The notes beneath the pieces are model-generated. The model did no database searches and had not been told where the DNA came from. It saw only the letters and a program-made list of their open reading frames with translations. From Schmidtea polychroa (Eukaryota): a DNA stretch of 64,000 bases. A program made the translations under genes and the position numbers. Where the stretch lies: contig CM097885.1 in NCBI GenBank assembly GCA_044892525.1, forward strand, positions 15,812,001 through 15,876,000. The letters are read 5' to 3'. This document shows, in pieces, positions 48,725-62,982 of this stretch. Every line of letters starts with the position of its first letter. Position 1 is the first letter of the stretch.

Positions 48725-51700
48725 AGTAGGAAGTTAGTAGCGTACGGCAGCAATGACCCCCCCGGTGGGGTCTGCTGCCGTAATTTTTTGCTGCAACTTT
48801 TTATTACGCAATTGCTGCAACTCACATTTTTTGCTTTCAGGGATTTTTAGTCCAATTTTTTTTTATTAGACTATAGTGAGGGGGTCTCGATGGTCCTGGG
48901 ATTTTCAATACAAAAACTTTCTTTTCAATACAAAAATCCGATTATCACTAGAAAAGCATAGAAGTTTCAGACTATAGTGAGGGGTCTCCATGGTCCTGGG
49001 ATTTTCAATACCAAAAAATTTTTCAATAGAGAAAGGCGGTCTTCAATAAAAAAGGTGGTCTTCAATAAAAAAGCATGGAATTTTCAGACTATAGTGAGGG
49101 GGTCTCGATGGTCCTGGGATTTTCAATACCAAAAAATTTTTTCAATAGAGAAAGGTGGTCTTCAATAAAAAAGCATGGTAATTTAAGGTCTCAGGATATT
49201 TTCAATACAAAAATCCGAATATCACTAAAAAAGCATGGATTTTTCTAGTTCAATTCAGGTGGGTCTTCTTGGTCCTGAGAATTTTAATAAAAAAAGGTAG
49301 TCTACACTAAAAAACGTGGTAAATTTTTTAAAATAAAGCCAATTATGGGTCTAAAAATTGAATTACAGTAAATTAAGGTCCAAATTTTTAAATTAAAGTA
49401 AATTATGGGCTAAGATTTTTGAATTAAAGTAAATGATGGGTCTAATAATTGAATTAAAATAATCAATGGGTTCAACTTAGTAAATTAAGGTTCAAATTTT
49501 TAAATTAAAGTAATCAATGGTCAAAAATTTAAATTAAAGTAATAATTTTAAAATAAGTAACGTAATAAGTGAATAAATGTAAGATTTTTAAATTTATTAA
49601 CAAAAAGTTGGAATAATAGTAGGTGTTTGAGAATTAAAATTTTTTAATGAAAATTTTTATGAAATAATTTTTTAAGTAATTTTTAATAGAAATTTTAATG
49701 AAATATTTTTCAATGGTAAATTTTAATGGAAATATTTATGGAATAATTTATTTAGGATAGTTTTTAATGAAAATTTTTATGAAATATTTTTCAAAGACAA
49801 ATTTTAATAATAATTCAACAACAAACCAACAACTTAGTACCAACAACCAGTAACTTACGAACATGTATTAACAACCAGCTAACAACTAGCTACCACCTAC
49901 CAAGTACATACAACCAACATCAACCAGGTACTAAGCATTATCAACCAAGTACCTACAACCATCTACCAAGTACTCACAACCAAAAACAACCAGCTAACAA
50001 CTAACTACCACCTACCAAGTACATACAACCAACATCAACCAGGTACTAAGCATTATCAACCAACTACTAAGTACCTACAACCAACTAGCTACCACCTACC
50101 AAGTACTAACAACCGACTACAACCAGGTACTAGGCATTATTAACCAACTACTAAGTACCTACAACCAACTAGCTACCACCTACCAAGTACTAACAACCCA
50201 CAACAACCAGCTAACAACTAACTACCACCTACCAAGTACACACAACCGAAAACAACCAGGTACTTTGAATTATCAACCAAGTACCTATAACCACCTACTA
50301 AGTACTAACAACCAAAAACAATCAACCAACTAGGTACCAGATACCAAGTACTTACAGCCAGATGACCACATGAAATCATTGGTTAAATAAGTAAATTAAT
50401 GTCTAATTTTAAAATTAAGTAATCAATTATCTAAATATTAAAGTCAATTTAAGATGAAAGTTTTCTGGGATTTTCAATCTTAACCCTTTCATTCGGGAAT
50501 TAATTTTTCTTTTTGCGTGTGCTCTTCACAAAATCAACTGAAAAATACTGAAAATGTCACTATTTGGCGCCAAAATTATTAAAATGTACTATAACAAATT
50601 TCAATTTTCTTAAAAAGTACTTCTCACATTATATTTTCGAAAAGGTACAACAGATATTCAGCAAAAAAACTGTGTACAATATATTGTACACTCCGTATAA
50701 AAGGGTTAATTTTAGATGCAAATCTTCGTCAATTAATCAATGACCACATGAAATTATTGGTTAAATATGAAAATAAGGGTTATAATTAGTTGTTAAGTAA
50801 ATTATGGTGTAAAATTTAGTAATAAAGAATAATTAGGTACATTAAGGATAAGTAAATTAAAGTTAAAAATTTTAAATAAGTAAATTAAGAGTTTCAAAAT
50901 TTTAAAATTAAGTAATGTTTTCAAAAATTAAAGTTAAATAAGTAAATTAAAGTAATAATTTTTAAATAAGTAATGTAATATGTAAATTTAACTAAGATTT
51001 TTAAATTTATTATCAAAAGATTGAATAACCACCAACTTTTTTGAGAAATGTAATTTTTAATGAAAATTTAAATGTAAAATTTTTTAAGTTAATTTTTAAT
51101 GAAAATTTTTATGAAATATTTTTTTAAATTAATTTTTTTATACAACTTCTATAATAATTTTAATTACAATCAATAGAAAAACCTTTTCAAAATGTCTAAA
51201 TTTAATAAAAATGTTGATTTTCATCAAAAATAAATAATTGTCAACTCATCACCACGTGGAAATGATGATAATTTAAATTACAATGAAAGACTATAGAATT
51301 CTAATTTACAAAGCATTCTTCTTTTAAATGATAACTACTGACTTATTATTGCAAAGTAAAAATCACATTCAATAAATACTTATTGTTGATCAGTTTTATT
51401 ATATATTCTCTGAGTTTATCCGACAGGTTGTTTTGACCCTCTAAGGATATTAGTCATAAAGGTACTAGTCGTAAGGGTATTGGTAACACTCAACCACCAC
51501 CTACCCATTAACTAGTTACCATGTACTAACAACTAGGTCTCAAACAACTAAATACTAAACATTTACAACCACATACTAACAACCACCATCAAAACCCATC
51601 AACCTACAACTTGATACTTACAACCAGATACCTGCTACCAAGTACTTACAACTAGATACCAAGTACCAACAATCAACTAACCACACATAAAAATAATAGC
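48725..51700 (+). repeat. Complex repeat region, possibly a Polinton terminal/subterminal segment
   Basis: Starts AGTAGGAAG; GC hairpin 48743-48782; repeats AGACTATAGTGAGGGG... at 48868, 48969, 49086; ACCACCTACCAAGTAC-type array ~49860-50360; AT-rich block ~49530-49800 repeated at ~50945-51130. Confidence 0.5.
50484..50705. mobile_element. 222-bp piggyBac-type MITE
   Basis: TTAA flanks; imperfect TIR CCCTTTCATTCGG / CCGTATAAAAGGG. Confidence 0.8.
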
Positions 51701-53909
51701 AATTAAATACAAAATATTCTTCATCACATACACTATCTTCTTATCAAAATCTCAAAAGTCAACCAACTACTTACAACCAACTATGTACTAACAAATTGAT
51801 CTTTAAAAGAAAATACTCATCACTTGAAAAATTGGATGAAAAATTAATTGAACTCAAGGCATCAATAACTAGCTAAAAATTGATTAAATAATTGTAAAAA
51901 TTTTAAATTTTCAAAATAAATATTATAAAAATGTAATTAATGGACAAGAAAGAATTCTAGTCATTAATCATCCAGTAAATATAAAAATATTGATCATTCA
52001 AGTTAATATGAATCAACTAAGATAATAAATTAATAAGAATTTTGAAATAAGATCTAGTAGATAATTGATTTAGATTGAATAAATTAGTTGAAATAAAATT
52101 AATTTTAATTATTTTTTTAAAAGTAATGCATGTACTCAAATTGATTGACTGATTGCTCAATATATTCAAAAAATCATTATAAATTCATTACAATTATCAA
52201 AGTCAGCAATCTACAATAAAAATAGTTATCATTAAATTCCAAAAGAAACTAGATAACTAATGAGAACATCTAACAAACCAGTAAATTCATTTAAATGACA
52301 ACAATTGGTATATCCAAGTGAATTCTCCAATAAAATCATCTAAAAAGAATCATTTTCCCCTAAATATATCAATATTTAAAGATTGGTATTTTAATGATAA
52401 ATAATTGTTAAAGATCATATATTCACCTCAAACTAATAAGATTCCTTAAAATCCCTTAAATGACTATATTTCAACCCTTAATTCATATTATTACAAATAT
52501 CATCTAAAAAGCATCAAATTTCCTTGAAATAACTCTATCCTTAAAGATTGATATTTTAATGACAAGTACCCGTAAAAGATCATATATTTCCCTCGGACTA
52601 ATAGTGACTTTTTCCCTCTTTTGAATTGCAAATTTCATTCGTCGCTTCTTATATATTGCTGTAACCAAATTTCACTGCAATTGCATTTTGTAAGTAAATC
52701 TCTGATTTCGAGGTTAGTCTGTTCGTTAGCAATGACAGCAAGTTTCTTATTAAATGCGATCTGCGAGGAGGATGGTAAGATCATTTTGTTTATTACGGTA
52801 TAATTGGCGAAATGTTCATTGAAGAGTGGTTCATAATGAACTATGTTAAGCGCTACAAGTCTGTTTGCTTTTGTTTTATCCATACTCCTGTCACTAGAAT
52901 AATTTCATACTTGTTCATTTTTTTTAAATGACTTCGCTCTAACACAGTGACTTTTTCCCTCTTTTGAATTGCAAATTTCATTTATCGCTTCTTATATGTT
53001 GCTGTAACCAAATTTCACATAAAATATTGCATACAATACTTTCAAATAATTATGGAATGCATTTTTGTGGCTTTCAACAATTTCAAGCTGTTTCTTAATT
53101 TTATTTCGTTTTTCTGCGCCACTTTTAAATATTTTCTATGTGCTTACTATAGTAGATAGAAGTGTCACCGCTGAACCAACCCTCTGGTAAAATCTCAAGG
53201 TCGATTAAGAATTTTAGATAAGTGTATATAAAAAATGCTTAGTTTCCATGGAAATGAGCTTAAAACTCTCTAAATTAAAATATAGGTTATGCCATAATAT
53301 AACATTTTCTGTATATTATGAAACAAAGACAAACTTATATTATAGAATTAAACTCATATTCTTTAACACATGGGAAGACAATGAACAAAAGCATAAGAAA
53401 AGTAAATTATGCAAATTAACAAAATATGCTTAGAAATATTTTGAAAAATATACTTTATTACAGAAAATTATTTTAATATCGGAAAATAAATATTACAATA
53501 GTTGTTTACTATTATCAAGATTTACCTACAAATGGATTTAGCATGAATAATAATTTTTCAACTTTCTATAATTTCGTAAATATTATATTTATTAAAAAAC
53601 TTGACCTATTGTGGATAACTCATGGTGCATGTGATGGTGGATGTATAAAAAATATTAATAATAAATAATAATGATTGTTTCAGCCGATTTTGGATGGTTT
53701 TTTTGTATCGCGTCTGTAAGTTATGTTTCTGTAGTAATAGATTTAAATCGATCTTTAATTTGTGGAATTTGGTTTTGATGGTTTGTTAATGGAAGAGCAG
53801 GAATCGTTTGTTTGAACTGGTAAATTGTGTAGAAATTTTGGTTTTTAGTTGAAACATGGAAGAAAATGAAGGACTGAAATGTCGTATTGCAATGAGCAAT
53901 ATAGCGAAG

Positions 53910-54420
53910 ATTATTTTCTCACCTGAAGGGAGATTATTCCAAGTCGATTATGCATTTAAGGCAATTGCATTAGATGGATTGCTTTCCGTTGGTATTCGAG
54001 GATATAATGGTGGTGTAGTAGCTACACAAAGAAAAGTTCCAGATAAAATGATTGAGAAGAGTTCAGCTACAAGATTGTTTAATATTACTGAAAGTACTGG
54101 ATGGGTTATGACTGGTATGATCCCTGATTGTCGATTTCAAGTATGTCGTGCACAATGGAAGCAGCTCGATTTAAATATAAAAATGGATATGAAATGCCTT
54201 GTGACATAATATGTCGTATCGCGGAGATTAATCAGCTCTACACCCAATCGGCTGAGATGCGACCATTAGGTTGTTCAATGATAGCATTATCTTATGATAT
54301 TGAAATGGACAAACCGTTATTATTCAAAACTGATTCCAGTGGCTTTGTAGCTGGACATCGAGCTTTTGCAGTTGGAGGCTAAAAGTTATTTGGAAAAGAA
54401 ACTAAGTAAAAATAGAGCGT
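53910..54420 (+). pseudogene. PSMA6: Proteasome alpha subunit (alpha1/PSMA6-like) intronless pseudogene
   Basis: IFSPEGRLFQVDYAFKAI, QRKVPDK, VMTGMIPD, then a frameshift to EAARFKYKNGYEMP...YTQSAEMRPLGCSM; stop after AVGG; both ends missing. Confidence 0.9.
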
Positions 54421-54965
54421 GTGATACTATCAAATACAGAAAGATCTTTTTGACTTGTTTTAGACGAAAACAAACGATAATAATAACAAATAATAAATAA
54501 TAATAAATAAAAATAAGAATAATAATAATATAAAACGAAGATTCCTTGCCAGTAGCATCGATTAAAAATAAAATAATTAATAAATAAAGTTTTAGTGCAA
54601 ATTTCTTATTTAATAAAAACAAAAATGAGAATTTTCGACTATGAAATAATCTTATTTAATTGATTGAAAAATAAATAATAAAATTCCACGAGTGGTCAAT
54701 GTAGGTAAGGTGATTGCTCGCCATATATTCTCATGAAATGACCATACTTTGCCTTTTGATGGACATGAAGGACATTTTGTATCAGACTATTGCTGGAGGT
54801 ACTGTTTTATATGGATGCCACGTGGCAGCTGCCTGAGAGCCGCAGGAATATCCTAGAAGGCCACTATTAGCATAGAAAGGAACTTATTTCACTCCTCCTT
54901 CACTCACCAATGAGAATGAATAATAATCTAATGCTTTACTGATCCATCTCAGCCATGTAGAGGCG

Positions 54966-57900
54966 CCATTGAAAGCTTGGTCACACCGCGTGCCAATACT
55001 CATGCTCATTGCGGAAAATCCAGTCAAATCGCCTTCATTGCCCTCATAAACATTACACAAATGCACTCAGTCTGGGACAGATTCCTCGCTATCCGTTCTG
55101 AGTAAGCTTCCGTTTTGTACAGCTCCTTTCATGCATGCCATCCGATATGTCAGTGTAGGATCTTGCCTGTGTACAAGTTTCCAAACCTTCAAATTGAGGA
55201 TCTCATCATTAATTCATATTCATACACAAGGTAACACCACAGGTAATACTTAGCTAAATATTCTATGCGAATGATTCTTCCTTTCCTAATATTGACGTTT
55301 GTAGGCTACGGAATAAGTGATATGCAATTATATTTCTGTCATTGTTGATATAATCTGTAGCCCCCATTCCCTCCATTTATCATGTCAGTTAGTGTCAAAT
55401 ACTTTATTCAGCAATGGCATAAAATCCTTCATTCAATAAACAAATATTGAAAACTAAATAAAACAAGCGTTTCCAAAGCATTTATCACACGGGGCATGGA
55501 TATAGATGAATGCTACTGACGCCCTGTGATCTATTCCTTCAACTTTTACACATTCGCTATTGTAGGAAAAACTCTTGATAGAGTCCCCTAATAAGTCACG
55601 TCACAATGTATCAATGAGTTCGATGACACAACAAAGAACAATGAAAGATGAACACGGTTACTGCGGAATGGCATCTGAATGGTCCTGACAATTGCTCAAT
55701 GGTGTCCATTAATTGGATTAATATTAAAAAATAAAAAACAAATGTTTCATTTTTTGCTGAACCTGCTGTGACCGAATTCTGTGCCATATTTATGTACATG
55801 CATCAAAACAAACACCCTCCAGCACATCCACAGTCGCATGCACCAGCACATGAACCAGCACATGCACCAGCACATGCACCAGCACAGTGAACTACAATTT
55901 GATAGAATCAATTAAAATTAAGTTTCAATTAGGCATTGTATTGATCACAGATTTCATAAAATTATACAAATATTCGTTACAATTTAATTTTTTATTGTGT
56001 TAAATCTAATCCAATTTATCAATATTGGTTTGTGCTTTTGACATTTTATCATTGCACCTGTCACAATAAAATGTGAAAATGTCAATATGGGGCTCACAGG
56101 AACCTTGTACACATTTGAAAATGTCAGACAAATATTTGTAACCATAACGAGATCATTAGATCAATATATATGCATTTTATGAAAAATATTTATTTTTATA
56201 TTTTGATATATTTTAATTTGTATTTAAATTTGTATTTAAAATTTTACATTTCGTTATAAAATTATAATTTAAATAATTTTGTAATATTTAAAATAAATGA
56301 GAAAAAAATTAACATTAATAATAAGGCTAAAATACAATATTTATAAAATGTTTGTTTATCTACATATTCAGATTGCCCTGGTGCAGCCGGATGGGGGAAA
56401 CCGTCACAAGACAGAAATGATCCAATTGGCATTTATTATGATTATCCTGATGCCATCTCAATCAATAAATTAGCAGCCAAAAGTGATAAATTGCTGCTCA
56501 GGTGCAGAATTGAAAAATTATGACAAATTTAAAAAAACATTTCAATAAAGAATTTATTTTGGGTTTTGATTTGTTTTATTGTTTGCCTTTTTTATTATAT
56601 TTTTATTATATTTATTATATGAGATTATTATTGTGGTAATTATTGTCATTCTCGCCTTCCATCCGATATCATCATCACGTGGCGGAGCGCTCACAGCAAA
56701 TGCCAATTGCAATATCAACATCAATTATATAATTAAATAAAAGCAATTTAATTAAATCAAAAACATTTAATATAAATTAATTTGAATAATTATTATAATT
56801 AAATTAATAATTAATTTGAAAGAAATGAAATTAAAATTCACCCGAATATAAGCGCTGACAAATCGCCTCAACAAATCAAACGCTCCTATGACGAGTGGAA
56901 CTGACGAGAAAACCGCCGCTGATGTTATATGAGTTGTGGATAAATTATTGCTGTACTGAATGGCAGTAAAATGCAGCTAAATGCAATACTAACACCGCGT
57001 TATATCAAATTGATAAATGCCTTAACATTTCGCCAGCTATTTGTGAGGCATTTAAACGGAAATCCGCAACAACAATACTGATCAAATGTTCGAAATTTGC
57101 TTTCACATCTGTTTTGATAAGTTTACCAAAATTAGAGCTGTCGATTCGATGAGGGCAATCAATGCTTTCTAAACTCTATAACATTCTGTTACGAATTCTT
57201 TTAATAATTAAACGAATTACTTTATTTAATCTTTCATAAAATTTAGATTTACTAATAATATTATTGTTAATATAATAATAATAATAATTGCATTTGTACT
57301 GAGATCCTTTTCAAGAGCTTTTGACCTGATTTAATATTAAATAATGTAACATTTCATAAATTTATTCACTTTTTCATTCGTTAAATTTTCAAATACAATA
57401 TTATTTAAACAAAAAAAGATTTCATGTAAATTAATATTTAAATTCACAAATTTGATAAATTTTATGAATGCATTTTACTTATTAACAAACAACGAAATTT
57501 ATTTTGAAATCTTGAAATTTTAGGAAATTTATAAATTAGGTTTCAAAGTGAAGTTGAGTCCAATACGTAATCTACATCAATACCTTGGGGTGATAAGTGA
57601 CGGTTATGGGGTTTAAGGGGGGTCATTTAAAAAATTTATAAATTATAATCTGAAATTAAACGTAGTTGAGCATACATAATAAAGTAATTTACATTATTGA
57701 AGTTGGTACTTGAATGATGGTCAAATTACTTGAGGAGGTCATAAATAAATTATAATTTTAAAATTCAAAATTTAAGCTAGACATTTATAAGTAAACAATT
57801 TACATTAATGCATTTAGGATGAAATTAGTAGTGGTAGCACTTTAGGGGGTGATAAATAAATTTTGTAAATTATAGTGTTAGAATAAAAATTTAGGTCACA

Positions 57901-58830
57901 AGCAACTTACATTAATACATTTTAGATGAAATTAGTAGTGGTGGCACTTTTGGGGGGTCAAAAATAAAATTTGTAAATTAATATTTTGATTCTCAAATAC
58001 AAGATGAATAAATATATAGATGATCTATATTAGTGAAATTCTTAATAAGTAGATGACTCCTAGCAATACACGAAGCAATCAAACACTTCCAACAAGGACG
58101 AAACTTTAAAATATTCACAGATCACAAACCGCTAACTAACGCAATCGAAATGAAGAATCCCTCACCAAGGCAGATTAGACAAATCAACTTCATTTTACAA
58201 TTCAACTTCACAATAAACTACGTAGCGGGAAAATCAAACATGGCAGCTGTCGCTCTATCAAGAAACGAAAGTGACATAAACTCCCTGGAATTCGAAAAGA
58301 TAATAGCACGACGTCTCTAACGAAAGCAACAAACGAATATTACTCCCGGAGGAATTCTGCGAAAACTGCATCGAGAAGATGCACAAGATCAATCATTTAG
58401 GAAACAAAGTAACATTCGAACTAATACACAACAATTATATATGGCCTAACATGCGAAAAGACATCAAAAACTTCGTCAAGAGCTCTCACAGCTGCCAATT
58501 AAACAAAACAACAAAAACTCAAACCTCAAAAAGTAAACTTCCCAAGCAGCAAAGTCTTCGAAACAATACACACAGATATGGTAGGACCACTACCACCAAA
58601 CGACAACTACAAATATCTGCTGACAATTATAGACAGGAAATCCAACTGGTTCGAAGTAATCTCAATAAAAGAAATCACCGCAAAAAATAAATGTGAAATG
58701 GTCGAATTAAATTGAATAGCTCGTTATGGTCAACCGAAAACAATTATAACCGATCAAGGCAGACAGTTCGAATCAGAAATGTTCAAAATACTCTGCAACA
58801 AATACAACATCAAAAGGAACCGAACAACAG
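54966..58830 (+). repeat. Older, diverged direct paralog of ~25257-29940 (spacer, TRAF upstream region, TRAF 3' end, downstream Gypsy)
   Basis: Collinear blocks: 54966-55203, 55588-56075, 56250-56365, 56364-57012, 57470-58830; many substitutions and indels. Confidence 0.92.
56364..56523 (+). pseudogene. TRAF remnant (end of MATH only)
   Basis: Upstream sequence (...TTTATCTACAT) is joined to ATTCAGATTGCC...KPSQDRNDPIGIYY...LAAKSDKLLLRCRIEKL*; ~1.8 kb deleted relative to 26090-27915. Confidence 0.9.
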
Positions 58831-59800
58831 CTAACAACCCACAATCAAACGGAAAAAAGAGCGGTTCCACAGACATTAAAAGAAAGCATATGAACAAAAG
58901 CCAATGATCAAAATTGGTTAAATAATCTACTAATCGGACTGAAAAATAGTCCAAACTCAATAGATAATGAAAGTCCAGCAGTCAAGGTGTTCGGAAAAGC
59001 AACAAATTTACCATTACTCAAAAACAAAACAGCAGATAACACAGAAACAAACAAACAAACAATTAACAATAACAAAGGAAAAACAGATAAAAAACACAAA
59101 AGGAATTTTAAAAAGGAGACCGGACTCCTAATGGGATGGGAAAACAGTACTAACAACATATTTTTATTTCATCATAATAAAGAAACCATTCACAAAAGGT
59201 TTCGAATCTAAATACGAAGGTCCATTCAAACTCTTAGAAATTAACAAAAACATCGCTACAATAATCAAAAAAACAACAAAATGAAAATAAACATATGACG
59301 AATAAAACCCTATCCCCTGAACGAAAACCCACAAAACAATCCACCAGAAAACAAAACACAAAGACAAACGAAAACACAACCAATTCATAAAAACATCACA
59401 TTTAACCACAAAACCTCAATCAAACTATTTGACAAAGATACAATAATTACACCCTTATACAAAAAACGATACAGCGATTGCCTTAAATAAAACACCCACA
59501 AAAAAAGTAAAAATAACAAAACACACGCACAAACAATACTAATTGTACAGTTTTTTTTATCAATTTCGTTGTATATATAGAGTAAATTGTAAATTTTTTG
59601 TTTTATCCAGTTTATAGATACAAAGGAACAGAAACAAAATACATAAAAACATATAATACATACTAAAAAAAGGTTATTGAATGTAATTTTTTCGTTACCT
59701 TTAATTGATTCATGTTAAGCTCCGGTTTTAAAGGGGGAAGTTGTGTAATGTACAGTTATATATTTTATTTATTTTTAAACAAGGTTTTGCCACGCCTTGT
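58056..59800 (+). mobile_element. Decayed Gypsy element 3' part (RNase H, integrase, polypurine tract, probable 3' LTR start)
   Basis: Same family as 29055-29960 but longer (NPQSNG, YEGPF motifs); AAGGGGGAAG at 59731-59740 followed by TGT. Confidence 0.8.
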
Positions 59801-60233
59801 TATTTTATTGAGTGTAGATCGCAATGGAAAAAGAATAAAAAATACTATATAGCGATAATTTACTATGGTAAATACAAATATCGACAAATCCCAACGTTTC
59901 AATCAAAAAGAAATTCATTCTATAATATTTATTCTACCATCCGTTATTTCTTTCAAACGCCAAAAGAAGATTCTCGAATTAATCCAAGAAAGTAAATTCG
60001 CCGAAATTAACGAAGGATTACCATTCGTTCCCTCTCTAAGGTTTTACAATTTTTATTTAAATAAAGTTGGATTTTTAAATTGTTCATTGGTTCATAAAAC
60101 TAATTTATTTTAACAAAACTTTGGTGATTTCTTTGCAATACTATCTAAATTGTTCTTCTATTCGTTTTTATTCGCTTGTTCATATAACTAATTTTATTTT
60201 AATAATACTTTTGTGATTTCGTTTTATTACTGC

Positions 60234-62982
60234 CTAGATTTTATTTTGTCTACTCATAGTCATAAAATCCCTACACAACACGCACCCCGATTGTCCCGCC
60301 ACATTTTTAACGGTGATTCTATCGGGCTCTCCAGATTTCCTCACACATACACACTCCCTAAGACGAATATAATATAGGTAGAGTTTCCAAAATATCCGGT
60401 TTTTTAGTATCCGCGAATACCGCTTTTCATTATTCGAAAACCGCGGTTAACCGGTCGAATACGGATATTTTGGAAAAAGCTAATTTAAAAAAGAAAAGAT
60501 AAAAAAAAACTCGAAAAATTGTCAATTTAAGATGAAAATTTATTCACTTTTTTTCATTTATATACAAATATTTTAGAAAAACTAAGCAATTTAGAGATTA
60601 ATCAGATAAATGGGTTCAAAGTTTACCACAAAAGTGGGAGGAAACGGAGAAAGTCCTTTCGGCTTCGTTTGATGATGGCTTTATTGTTGTTAAGGCTTCA
60701 AATAATTTTTCAAGTTTTCAGGCCTTTGAACTGTTTTCTTAAATATCATAAAGTCATCGTTGATGTTTAAGTTGGATTTTTGAAAATTTCCGCAAGTAAC
60801 ATAATTAATTGCAGTATCAAGCTCTGCTTCCAACGAAACTGGTGCATCCGTGTTCAAATCTACATGTTTTGGTGAAGATGAAGGTGACATGATGAAGAAG
60901 ATTCAAAAAGTCTAGCAAACAGATTAGATGCAAATTCCAAAACAATTTTTGATGGTTTTATAGAGTTATTGGTGAGGCATGCCAGAGTATCAATAATGGT
61001 AGAGTTTTCTCGTTCTTTCATCCGTCGTTCGATATTTAATTTTAATGTACTACAGATCACGTCATTACATTCATTCAATTTGTTGTACAGAAAATTCATC
61101 GCTCCTTTTGCTGTTAATAAATTGGCGTCTTGTCTCCCCAATGTTTCAACAGCTAATGTTAATGGTTTTATTGCATTCATTAAGCTGCACAATTTTTCGA
61201 AATCTATTCCAGATACTAGGTGAAGTGCATTTAATTCGATCAGCGTGTTTTGAATTGGAATTCGAACTCTGAGTAGTTTTTCTAACATAGGATGAATAGA
61301 GTTCCACCTGTGTTTCAGATTTTTTTGTATGTCGACATCTTCATTATCTGCGAATTCTTCTTCATTAACATCATCATCGAAAAATTCATTGTCTTGGAAG
61401 TCGTCATCATCTTCTTCTTCTATAATGTCAACATCATTTGATTCAAAAACTTTCTTTTAATAAAATGTTTCAATTACCGCCAAATGCAGCCCTTGACATA
61501 AACATAACTGTGATTCAGATGGACAATCTGAACCATACTTCACCATTACCCTGGCACCATCATTTGTAGTATAAACAATGTCGTTTTGGAACGAAAAATT
61601 AAACAACTCTAAATGCTTGGTTACAATTTCAAACACTACAGCTGCAGTACACGAACCAGTAGCTCTCACCAAACCTAGATTGTTGCAATTTCCATTATTT
61701 CCATGTACATTAATATTAATAATGCGACGATTTCGTGCACTTACCCACTCATCAAGGGTTATACTAAACTTACTATATCATTCTAAATTGTTGTTAATTT
61801 TTTTATTCCCTCTTGTTTTCTATTTCGAATTCAGTATCAGTTATATCCTCTGTCTACAATAGATTGTCTGATAAACTTGAAATTTGTAATTGCACGAATT
61901 GTTATTCCGTTTTCAGCAGCTAATCTTGAAACAATCTCACTTAAACTTTGCCGTTTAACAAAATCCATCATCGTATTTCCTTTGATTTTCTTGAAGTTTT
62001 GCTCTTGCTCACCCAAAATGGATTCATCATTATCCCGTTTACAATAGATTTTGTGTACCATTTTCAGATGGTTTAGCATACCACCCGTGTTTCCATTACT
62101 ATTTGAAATAAAAACTATTTACTTTAAAAACTGAACTTTGGCAAATTTTTTATTGGTAGAAGGAATTTTTAAAAATATTCTCAAACAGGAGCTGATGGTG
62201 CCATGGGCTAAATAGTAGTACAATATAAATTTAATACAAGTTTTACGGTAAAAAATAAATTAATCATAATTACCTGTGATTATTTTCAATTCTTTGATTT
62301 GAGAGCTTTTAACAATTTCGCAATAACTAATTATATCGATTTTTCATTCTATTTAAAATTTTATTCTATACATAATTTAAAATAATTTTCACTATCCGGT
62401 AATCGCGAGTGTATTTGAGCGGATACCGAATACGGATTTTTGTCTGCAAATTCGCGGATATCGGATACGGATTATCCAAACTGTCAAACTCTAAATATAG
62501 GCTATATATTACACGTATAGAATACAATATCACCGAAATAACACACATAGAATATAATACACCGAAACCTCCAGCTATAATATAATAACTGGTATAATAA
62601 TAGCTATGATAGGGATGATCATTGCCGTGGTCGTTGCCAACGGTAGACAACCCAAATCCACTAGGTATTCATCATCATCTACTTGCCTACCATGGACCAT
62701 TATCAGGTATATACCTGTAGTTTTATCGGTAGCAATCACATCTCTCCTCAATATTCTGACTTTGATATAACAGTTAAAAGTCATTGTTAATGGTTCTTTT
62801 CCAACCATTCGCACGTCCAGATTAATGTTGCCTTGATTGTTAGGCTGACTTCGGATTGTTTTCCCATTTCTCCTCATCAACGCTTCGATTTGCGTCTGAA
62901 ATGGGCTTGTTTCTTTTACCACTGGTAGTATAATTGAAATTATTGCTACCAACAAATCTACTGGTATTCGTAATACTAACAT
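60234..62982 (-). pseudogene. Unknown small membrane-protein ORF split by the hAT insertion
   Basis: ORF 62982-62575, one frameshift near 62578, then a frame that stays open across the excised hAT to TAG at 60234-60236. Confidence 0.5.
60379..62493 (-). mobile_element. hAT transposon with both ends and a decayed transposase
   Basis: TIR TAGAGTTT...AAACTCTA; perfect 8-bp TSD AATATAGG (60371-60378 and 62494-62501). Fragments GMLNHLKMVH (BED finger), TLDEW, TNDGA, RWNS, PSSNEAERTFS. Confidence 0.93.

Noticed and set aside
48743..48790. Bacterial rho-independent terminator
   Set aside because: The shape fits, but nothing else in the window is prokaryotic.
48868..49320. Spaced ~45-bp repeats that look CRISPR-like
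   Set aside because: The intervening sequences resemble each other, there are no cas genes, and the context is eukaryotic.
52330..53020. Short direct repeats (52337/52501 and 52603/52946) and ORF 52635-52883
   Set aside because: Probably decayed mobile-element sequence; no family could be supported.
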